Assembly: GCA_964245565.1 (NCBI GenBank)
Contig: CAXTMY010000005.1
Span: forward strand, 24,605 to 88,604
Length of the DNA stretch: 64,000 nucleotides
From: an uncultured Acidobacteriaceae bacterium
Lineage (GTDB): Bacteria; Acidobacteriota; Terriglobia; Terriglobales; Acidobacteriaceae
Direction: 5' to 3'
Shown here: positions 56,800-64,000 of the stretch, in pieces
Layout of the letters: each line of letters starts with the position of its first letter
How positions within the stretch are numbered: position 1 is the stretch's first letter
Made by a program: the position numbers and the translations under genes
The notes under the pieces: model-generated
Databases searched by the model: none
Told to the model about the DNA's origin: nothing
Seen by the model: the letters and a program-made list of their open reading frames with translations, nothing else

Positions 56800-57503
56800 C
56801 CGTCGCTCCGCATGTAGAAGAGGCTGAGCCGCGGCACGCCGTATCGCTCCAGCAGTCGCTTCTCGAGAAACTGCTGCTCGATCTGCCGGATCTGCAGCGC
56901 CTGCATCCGGCTCTTGTACGGCGCGATCTCGCGCGCCGCCTGCTGCCGCAGGGCCGTCAGCTCGTCTTCAGCAGAGCCGCCCAGCAGCATCGCCAGCAGC
57001 TTCTCCTCAAGCGTCCGTAAGGTTTGCTCCAGGGTTTCCGGGGATGGAGCCTGCTCGCGTGCATCGGCCGCCAGCACGCCGAGCCGAGCGGCTGTTTCCT
57101 GCGCCAGTTGCCGTGCGCAGTCCGGTACCGCGGCCGCCAGCAGCTGCGCGCGAGACTCGTCCAGATGCCGCGCGATCCGGTCGGCTTCAAAGCCTGAGCT
57201 CGCGCCGGCACCCGTGGCCGGTGCCATGCCGGTGGCGGCCTCGCGCATCTGCTCCGCGGCTTCCATGACCGCCTGCGCGCACCAGCCCAGCCCGTTCACG
57301 CGCCGCACGCGTCCCTTTGCCTTGCGCGCCTCGTGCCGGTCGAAGGCATCATCGATGCCGCGCAGCACCGCTTCGAGCGGAACGCCCGCGTCCCGCCATG
57401 TCTCGATCAGCGCCCAGTCCAGGGTTGAGAGCAGCAGCAGCGACCCGCGCCGCTGCTGAAAGCGCTCCTCAACCTCGGTGAAGTAGTTGAAGTAGTTTTG
57501 CAC
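56796..57503 (-). CDS. Conserved-looking hypothetical protein
   Basis: 235-aa ORF in operon position; stop overlaps the next start (ATGA). Confidence 0.75.
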   Translation of the reverse strand: MQNYFNYFTEVEERFQQRRGSLLLLSTLDWALIETWRDAGVPLEAVLRGIDDAFDRHEARKAKGRVRRVNGLGWCAQAVMEAAEQMREAATGMAPATGAGASSGFEADRIARHLDESRAQLLAAAVPDCARQLAQETAARLGVLAADAREQAPSPETLEQTLRTLEEKLLAMLLGGSAEDELTALRQQAAREIAPYKSRMQALQIRQIEQQFLEKRLLERYGVPRLSLFYMRSDG

Positions 57504-57511
57504 CAGGGCAC

Positions 57512-58351
57512 TCAGCTGCCGTCGCCGGAGCGGCGCACCAGCTCCGGCCTGCGCTCGCTGGTTTTTTCGCGGTGCTTGTCATGGTTCTTTTCATGAATAA
57601 GCCGGAGGCCCTCGAGCGTCAGCATTTCGTCGACTTCCGTGATGAATCGCGACTCGGGCGCGATGAGCTTTGCCAGGCCGCCGGTCGCCACGATGGTTGG
57701 CTTCGCGCCGGCAGCCGCAAGCTCGCCGACCATGCGCTCAAGGATTCCGTCGACCAGTCCCAGGTAGCCGAAAAACAGCCCGCTCTGCAGGTTGGTAACA
57801 GTGTTGGTGCCAATTGCCTTTGCCGGACGCTTCAGGTCCACTCGGCCCAGCCGCGCGGCACGCGCAAATAACGCATCGGCGGAGATCCCCAGCCCCGGCG
57901 CGATCGCGCCTCCCAAGAACTCACCCCGCTGCGAGATCACGTCGAAGGTCGTCGCGGTTCCGAAATCGACGACGATGCAGGCTCCGCCGAACCGCGCAAA
58001 CGCTGCCACCCCGTTGACCACGCGGTCGGCGCCGACCTCAGCCGGGTGGTCCACCAGGAGCGGCATGCCGGTGCGCACCCCCGGCTCGACGAGCAGCGGC
58101 GTGCAGCCGAAGTACTGCTCCGCGACCCTGCGCAGGGTCGAGTCCATCGGGGGTACCACCGATGAGATCACGATGCTCTTGACAGCGGCTGAGGCCACGC
58201 CGCGCATCGCGAACAGGTTCAGGAAGAGCACGCCGTATTCATCGACTGTCTGGGTCTTGTGCGTCGTCACGCGCCAGTGCGCGACCAGCGTCGCCCCGTC
58301 GAATACGCCGAGGACCGTGTTTGTATTCCCCACATCCAGCGTCAGCAGCAT
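57512..58351 (-). CDS. coaX: Type III pantothenate kinase
   Basis: LDVGNTN, SSVVP, GADR, VDFGTATT, GGAIAPG, ATGG. Confidence 0.95.
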   Translation of the reverse strand: MLLTLDVGNTNTVLGVFDGATLVAHWRVTTHKTQTVDEYGVLFLNLFAMRGVASAAVKSIVISSVVPPMDSTLRRVAEQYFGCTPLLVEPGVRTGMPLLVDHPAEVGADRVVNGVAAFARFGGACIVVDFGTATTFDVISQRGEFLGGAIAPGLGISADALFARAARLGRVDLKRPAKAIGTNTVTNLQSGLFFGYLGLVDGILERMVGELAAAGAKPTIVATGGLAKLIAPESRFITEVDEMLTLEGLRLIHEKNHDKHREKTSERRPELVRRSGDGS

Positions 58352-58353
58352 GG

Positions 58354-59157
58354 CTACTCCTCCGCACGGACCGCGCCTGAAAGCACTGTGCGCACTGTGC
58401 CCGCATCCGTGCGCACCCGTAGGAAGCCGCGCTCGTCCAGCCCCTCCGTGACGCCGCGGAACGGTTCTTCTTCTCCTACCGCGACCCGCTTGCCCCTCAC
58501 CCAGGTCGAGGCGACTTCCAGCCTTGCCAGCAGGTGCTGCCGTGCGGCCACGGCATCGGGCCCGGTCAGGCCGCGTACCTCGCCTTGCAGCGCGCGCAAC
58601 AGCGCTACCAGCAAGTCCTGGCGCGTGGCCACGTTTTGCGGCGCCGCGATCGCAAGCGAAGTCGCGGCGCCGGCCAGCTCCGCCGGAAACTCCCGCTGGT
58701 GTACGTTGACGCCGATCCCGATGACCACGAACCGTACCCGCGTCGCCTCGGCCTGCATCTCGGTCAATACGCCGCCCAGCTTTCGTGACCCAACCAGCAC
58801 GTCGTTCGGCCAGCGCAAGTCTGCCACCACTCCGGTTACAAATGCTACGGCATCCCGGGCCGCCAGTCCGGCTGCAAGCGAAAGCCACAAGGCATCGCCG
58901 GGCGCGAGCGCGGGGCGCAACAGGATGCTCACGTACAAGCCGCTCCCGGCAGGCGACACCCAGGTATGCGCCCCGCGCCCGCGGCCGCCCGTCTGCGCAT
59001 CGGCCACGTAGACTGACCCATGCGGCGCGCCGCTTGCGCCGGCCTGCATCGCGAACGTATTCGTCGAGTCGATTTCGGCGAAGTGCCGCACGTGGCCCGC
59101 GAACGGGGTCCCGGCGAGCGCCGCGTCGAGAGCCGCCAGATCGAACGTGTCGCTCAA
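58354..59157 (-). CDS. birA: Biotin-protein ligase (no HTH domain)
   Basis: DSTN, QTGGRGR, RWPND, KLGGVL, GIGVN. Confidence 0.93.
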   Translation of the reverse strand: MSDTFDLAALDAALAGTPFAGHVRHFAEIDSTNTFAMQAGASGAPHGSVYVADAQTGGRGRGAHTWVSPAGSGLYVSILLRPALAPGDALWLSLAAGLAARDAVAFVTGVVADLRWPNDVLVGSRKLGGVLTEMQAEATRVRFVVIGIGVNVHQREFPAELAGAATSLAIAAPQNVATRQDLLVALLRALQGEVRGLTGPDAVAARQHLLARLEVASTWVRGKRVAVGEEEPFRGVTEGLDERGFLRVRTDAGTVRTVLSGAVRAEE

Positions 59158-60038
59158 TGCCGCTCCGCCGCGATGCGCATGCTCAAGTCTACCGCCACGG
59201 CTGAGTGCGTCAGCGCACCGACGGAGATGTAATCCGGGCCGGCCAGGGCGTACTCCCGCACCGTCGCGAGCTCCACCCCGCCAGAGGCTTCAATCGGAAT
59301 GCTGAGCCCGCGCTCCCGTACAATTTTCACGCATTGGCGCACCTCGTCCGGCGTCATGTTGTCGAGCAGCAGCGACTCCGCCCCATGCTCGAGCGCTTCT
59401 TCCAGCTCCGCGAACGAACGCACCTCGATGTCGATGACCTGGCCCGCCTTGCGGCCGGCGAACGCGTTCGCGAGTACCGCGGCGATGCCGCCGCCGAGCG
59501 CGATGTGGTTGTTCTTAATGAGGATGCCGTCGGCCAGGTCCAGGCGGTGGTTTTCGCCCCCGCCGCAGGTCACGGCGTACTTGTCCAGGATGCGCAGCCC
59601 CGGTACGGTCTTGCGCGTGTCAATGACGGTGGCCGCGGTTTCGCGCACCGCGTCGGCATACTGCCGCGTCAGCGTTGCAATACCGCTCATCCGCTGTAGC
59701 AGATTCAAGATGACGCGTTCGGTGGAGAGCAGCGTCCGCGCGTTGGTACGAATAACCGCCAGCGACTGGCCCTTGCGCACGCGCACCCCGTCGAAGATTT
59801 CGGGGTGGCTCACCACTTCGAAGTGTCCGGGTCCGCGGCCTTCCAACCGCGAGAAGCCCGCGAGCACCCGCGCAATCGCGCCCAGCCCCGCGACGGTGCA
59901 GTCCTGTTTCGCCACCACGGTTCCGGTGCCGCGCAGCCCCGCATTGATCGTCAGCAGGGTCGTCGCGTCCTCGGTCGCGCAATCCTCCTGCAGCGCCTGT
60001 TCTACGATCGCGTCAATCCGCCTGCTCTTCCAGTCCAT
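59154..60038 (-). CDS. nadC: Quinolinate phosphoribosyltransferase
   Basis: ERVILN..QRMSGIAT, DTRKT.PG, HR, LIKNNH, LLDN, EASGG, SVGALTHS. Confidence 0.96.
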   Translation of the reverse strand: MDWKSRRIDAIVEQALQEDCATEDATTLLTINAGLRGTGTVVAKQDCTVAGLGAIARVLAGFSRLEGRGPGHFEVVSHPEIFDGVRVRKGQSLAVIRTNARTLLSTERVILNLLQRMSGIATLTRQYADAVRETAATVIDTRKTVPGLRILDKYAVTCGGGENHRLDLADGILIKNNHIALGGGIAAVLANAFAGRKAGQVIDIEVRSFAELEEALEHGAESLLLDNMTPDEVRQCVKIVRERGLSIPIEASGGVELATVREYALAGPDYISVGALTHSAVAVDLSMRIAAERH

Positions 60039-60052
60039 AGCGTCTGCTCCTG

Positions 60053-62815
60053 CTATTTCGATGCCAGCGCGTCGAGCCCGTCGCGCAGTTTCCGTATCAG
60101 TTCGACGAGCTCCACCGCGCGTTTACGTACGCCGTCGATGACCGCGGGCGAGGCCTTACTGATGAAGTTTTCGTTGCCCAGCTTCGCCTCGGCGGCGGCG
60201 TACTCCTTTTGGAGCTTCGCCAGTTCCTTCTGCAGGCGCTCTTGTTCAGCGGCTACGTCAATCTGGCGCTCGTAGATTACCTGCACATCGAAGTGACCAC
60301 TTGATACCACGCCTTCGCCTATGAGCGAGCCTGAAACCTCCTCGATATCTGAAACACGAGCCAGACGGCGAATGATATCTCGACTTTCGTTGAACGTTTG
60401 TTTGAACCAATCGTCTACACGCACACGCACGGGCACAGGCTGCTTATCAGCCAAACCTTGCTCTTTGCGTAACATTCGGATCGTACGAACAAGGAGCTGC
60501 AGTTCCATGAATTGCACACTTAGTTCGACGTTCGAGGTGAATGGATGACTCTCCCTAGGATAAGGGGAAAGTGCGATAGAGGATTGCGGCGGTGTGTTGT
60601 TATAGAGCGCATGCCAGAGCTCCTCAGTAAGGAACGGCATGAAAGGGGATAGCAAACGCAGCGTGGCTTCAAAAATCTGCAACAGATTTCTAAGTGCTGA
60701 AGCTACAGCCTGCTTGTCGGCATCAGGGGAAAAGACGAGTCGCAGCTTAACAATCTCAAGGTACCAGTCGCAGAAGTGATCCCAAAGGAATTCGTAGATG
60801 TGGTTAGCTGCTATATCAAAGCGATACCGGGGCTTTTGCTCGAAAGAAGAGTGTAAGTCTTCCGAGTTCTCATCGCTGGCTCCTAGAAGGTTGTTTACTG
60901 CCAAGGCTGGGAATGTTCCACGAATCCAACGGGCTTCAATGTCGTCTGATCCTGGCTCTCCCCAAAGCGTTCGGGGATCGACAACAATTCCCGCCTCCGC
61001 AGCCCGGTCCACATTCATGAAGATGAACCGCGCCGCGTTCCAGATTTTGTTTGCGAACGCGCGGTAGCCCTCGGTGCGCGACTCGCTGAACGCGATATCG
61101 GTGCCGGGCGAGGCCATCGAGGCGAGCGTAAACCGCACCGCGTCGGTCCCGTACTGCTTCACAATTGCAATCGGGTCGATTACATTTCCCTTGGTCTTCG
61201 ACATCTTCTGCCGGTCCGCATCGCGCACCAGCGCATGGATATAGACCTCGCGAAACGGAACGGCATCCTTGAGCGCGCGGCCGTCCTCAGTCATGAACCA
61301 GCAGCCGAACATGACCATGCGCGCCACCCAGAAGAACAGGATGTCAAAGCCGGTGACGAGCAGCGTAGTAGGGTAGAACGCATCGAGGTCCGGAGTTTTC
61401 ACCGGCCAGCCGAACACGGTAAACGGCAGAAGGCCCGCGGAGAACCACGTATCGAGCACGTCGGTTTCCTGCTCCAGCGAACTGCCGCCACAGTGCGCAC
61501 AATTCGCCGGCGTGTCGCGCGCGACGGTGGTTTCGCCGCAGGCTGCGCAGTGCCATGCCGGGATGCGGTGGCCCCACCACAGCTGGCGCGAGATGCACCA
61601 GTCATGGATGTTGCGCATCCACTCCATGTAGGTCTTGCGGTACTGGTCGGGCGTGAAGCGGATGTGCCCTTGTTCGACAGCAGCGATGGCCTTGTCGGCG
61701 AGCGGCTGGATTTTCAGGAACCACTGCGTGGAAAGCCGCGGCTCAATTATTGCGCCGGTGCGCTGCGAAAGCCCGATGGCCATCGCGTGATCCTTCACCT
61801 GCACGAGAAGCCCGGCAGCGCGCAGGTCGTCGACAATCCGCTCCCGCGCCGCAAAACGGTCCAGCCCGTGATACGGCGAGCCGGGCAGATCGATCTGCGC
61901 CTCGGCATCCATCACGTTGAGCTGAGGAAGCCCGTGCCGCTCGCCGATGGCGAAGTCGTTCGGATCGTGCGCAGGCGTGACCTTCACGGCGCCGGTCCCG
62001 AACTCCGGGTTGGCCCAGTCGTCTTCAATTACCGGAATTTCGCGGTCACTCAGCGGCAGCCGCAGCATCCTCCCGACGAGCGCCGCATACCGATCGTCCT
62101 TCGGGTTCACCGCGACCGCGACATCGCCCAGCATCGTCTCCGGCCGGGTCGTCGCAATCACGATGGAACCGGTTCCATCGGCGAGCTGGTAGCGCACGTG
62201 ATAGAGCTTGCCCGTGCGCTCTTCATGCGTCACTTCAAGGTCGGAAACAGCGGTCTGCTGCACCGGGTCCCAGTTCACGATGTACTTGCCGCGATAGATG
62301 AGCCCCTGCTCGTGCAGGCGCACAAACGCCTCGCGCACCGCGCGGGAGAGCCCGTCATCCATGGTGAAGTATTCGCGGCCCCAGTCCACGCTCGCGCCGA
62401 GCCGCTTCATCTGCTCGAGGATGGCGCCGCCGTACTCCGCGCGCCACTGCCACACGCGGTCCACAAAACCTGCGCGGCCCAGCTCTTTGCGCGAAGAGCC
62501 TTCGCTCGCCAGCTGCCGCTCCACCATCATCTGCGTTGCGATGCCGGCATGGTCGGTCCCCGGAACCCAAAGGGTCGGCTCGCCGCGCATGCGATGCCAG
62601 CGCGCCAGGATATCCATTTCCGTCTGGTTCAGCATGTGGCCCATGTGCAGGCGCCCCGTCACGTTCGGCGGGGGCAGCAGCATGGTGAAGGCGTCGGGGA
62701 AGCTCGCCGGATCATCCGGAGCAGCCTGGCGCCAGAGCTCCTCGCGCGCCCAGCGCTCGGCCCAGCGTTCTTCTATCGCGGCGGGATCGTAGGTTTTCGG
62801 CAGGTCGTGTGGCAT
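60053..62815 (-). CDS. valS: Valine-tRNA ligase
   Basis: PPPNVTG.LHMGH, DHAGIATQ, DWCISRQLWWGH, DVLDTWFS, KMSKT, C-terminal coiled coil. Confidence 0.97.
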   Translation of the reverse strand: MPHDLPKTYDPAAIEERWAERWAREELWRQAAPDDPASFPDAFTMLLPPPNVTGRLHMGHMLNQTEMDILARWHRMRGEPTLWVPGTDHAGIATQMMVERQLASEGSSRKELGRAGFVDRVWQWRAEYGGAILEQMKRLGASVDWGREYFTMDDGLSRAVREAFVRLHEQGLIYRGKYIVNWDPVQQTAVSDLEVTHEERTGKLYHVRYQLADGTGSIVIATTRPETMLGDVAVAVNPKDDRYAALVGRMLRLPLSDREIPVIEDDWANPEFGTGAVKVTPAHDPNDFAIGERHGLPQLNVMDAEAQIDLPGSPYHGLDRFAARERIVDDLRAAGLLVQVKDHAMAIGLSQRTGAIIEPRLSTQWFLKIQPLADKAIAAVEQGHIRFTPDQYRKTYMEWMRNIHDWCISRQLWWGHRIPAWHCAACGETTVARDTPANCAHCGGSSLEQETDVLDTWFSAGLLPFTVFGWPVKTPDLDAFYPTTLLVTGFDILFFWVARMVMFGCWFMTEDGRALKDAVPFREVYIHALVRDADRQKMSKTKGNVIDPIAIVKQYGTDAVRFTLASMASPGTDIAFSESRTEGYRAFANKIWNAARFIFMNVDRAAEAGIVVDPRTLWGEPGSDDIEARWIRGTFPALAVNNLLGASDENSEDLHSSFEQKPRYRFDIAANHIYEFLWDHFCDWYLEIVKLRLVFSPDADKQAVASALRNLLQIFEATLRLLSPFMPFLTEELWHALYNNTPPQSSIALSPYPRESHPFTSNVELSVQFMELQLLVRTIRMLRKEQGLADKQPVPVRVRVDDWFKQTFNESRDIIRRLARVSDIEEVSGSLIGEGVVSSGHFDVQVIYERQIDVAAEQERLQKELAKLQKEYAAAEAKLGNENFISKASPAVIDGVRKRAVELVELIRKLRDGLDALASK

Positions 62816-62818
62816 CGT

Positions 62819-64000
62819 CTATTCTTCATTTCCGGCGTCGTGTGCAGGCCAGGCCAGTCGAGGCCCCGGGCCAATTTCTGACGATAGCATGGCGCCCAGC
62901 TGCGGGCTTCGCGCAACGCGGCTCAGCCGGCGAACCCCGCGTATCGCGTTCGTCAGCCACACCTCATCGGCTCCCAGCAGGTCTTCCACGCTGATATCCT
63001 GCTCCGCCAGAGCCGGCATGGTTGCTAGCAGGTGAGCCCGGTACACCCCCGGCAGCACCCCGGCCTCGAGCGGCGGCGTGCGCCACCGGTTCCCATGCCG
63101 CACCATCACGTTGTGGATCGCGCCTTCCGTCACCATGCCGCGCTCATTGACGAAGATCGCGTCCACGAACCCGCGTTGCCGTACGGCCGCAGATGCCTCG
63201 TCATACAGAGCTCTTCGCGTCGTCTTGTGCCGTAAGAATCTGTCTTTGGAGTCGACCGGCTCGGGCCACAGCACTGCCTCCAGCCGTTCCCCGTCGGCCG
63301 CCACCCGCTCCGGCTCTGCGCATACCGGCTCGCCCGCTCCATCCAGCGTCAGCCGCAGCTTCCACGCCGCCTCTGGCTCAAGGCTCGCGCCGCACGCCTC
63401 GACCGCATGTCGTATGCGCTCCTGCTCAAAAGGAAACTCAAAATAGCCGGCAGACGCCCGCAGCCGCTCCAAATGCCGCGCCAGCAGCGCGCACTGCCCG
63501 TTTTCCCAGCGCATTGTTTCGATCAGAGCGAACGGCGTCTCCCGCAGAAACGCGCCCTTGAGCAGGCACTCCGCGTACTCCAGCTTCGCGTCCGAGTCAT
63601 AGGTTATCCCGGCTCCGACCCCCATTTCCAGGCGTCCAGCCTCCAGGACAGCCGTGCGGATCGCGACGCTGAACACCGCCTCTCCGTCCGGGGCTACAAA
63701 GCCGATCGCCCCGGTATACACGCCGCGATCCCGCGCTTCCAGCTCCCGCAAGAGCTGCATGGTGCGCACCTTCGGCGCGCCTACGATGGACCCACAGGGA
63801 AACAGGCTGGCAAATACCTGCGCAAGCTGCATCTCCTGCCGCAGTATTGCCGAAACCTCCGAGCTCATCTGCAGCAGAGAAGGGAAGCGATCGACAGCGA
63901 ATAAGCGCTCGACGCGGACGCTGCCCATCTCCGCGATGCGCCCCAGGTCGTTGCGCAGCAGGTCGACAATCATCAGGTTTTCCGCGCGGTTCTTCGCATC
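62819..64000 (-). CDS. pabB: Aminodeoxychorismate synthase component I fused to a PabC/class IV aminotransferase-like domain (5' end off the window)
   Basis: ENLMIVDLLRNDLG, FPCGSIVGAPK, RGVYTG, VAIRT, GAGI; then HLERL, HKTT, EGAIHN, GVLPGVYR, NAIRG. Confidence 0.92.
   Translation of the reverse strand, partial: DAKNRAENLMIVDLLRNDLGRIAEMGSVRVERLFAVDRFPSLLQMSSEVSAILRQEMQLAQVFASLFPCGSIVGAPKVRTMQLLRELEARDRGVYTGAIGFVAPDGEAVFSVAIRTAVLEAGRLEMGVGAGITYDSDAKLEYAECLLKGAFLRETPFALIETMRWENGQCALLARHLERLRASAGYFEFPFEQERIRHAVEACGASLEPEAAWKLRLTLDGAGEPVCAEPERVAADGERLEAVLWPEPVDSKDRFLRHKTTRRALYDEASAAVRQRGFVDAIFVNERGMVTEGAIHNVMVRHGNRWRTPPLEAGVLPGVYRAHLLATMPALAEQDISVEDLLGADEVWLTNAIRGVRRLSRVARSPQLGAMLSSEIGPGPRLAWPAHDAGNEE

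Noticed and set aside
60270-60990. Intein or homing endonuclease inside valS
   Set aside because: The tract translates as ordinary ValRS anticodon-binding sequence with no splice-junction or LAGLIDADG motifs.
1-64000. CRISPR array, tRNA, rRNA, transposase or integrase
   Set aside because: No regularly spaced direct repeats, T-loop motifs or recombinase/DDE ORFs seen by eye; the repeats found are dispersed and palindromic.

Overview
GC-rich (roughly 65%) core-chromosome segment. Gene content and order point to an Acidobacteriaceae-like bacterium (inference). It holds RNase J, a split lysine pathway (asd-lysC-dapB ... dapA-dapD), thrC, icd-like/nrdR, ribH-nusB, ribD-ribE, fabH, SRP RNA (ffs), rimO-yacG-pgpA-cinA, plsY-gpsA, ftsY, an LPS operon (waaA-lpxK-GT9), comEC, rlmD-like, coaX-birA-nadC-valS and pabB. 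I saw no tRNA, rRNA, CRISPR array, transposase or prophage gene. The most notable unexplained structure is a dispersed family of about 110-bp double-palindromic elements (a dozen full or partial copies). Their arms co-vary from copy to copy, they often supply stop codons or -10 boxes, one is nested in a second repeat, and two bracket a Uma2 nuclease gene at CTAG junctions like a cassette. Other highlights: in-frame low-GC tracts inside valS and waaA, a glyoxalase-like domain fused to lumazine synthase, an ICMT/LmtA-like methyltransferase coupled to lipid A genes, an orphan PIG-L/NodS/GT2/ACAD operon, a radical SAM-aldolase pair, a frameshifted vapC, an RlmD lacking its SAM-binding loop, and many apparently leaderless genes. 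All product calls come from motif recognition by eye, not database searches.
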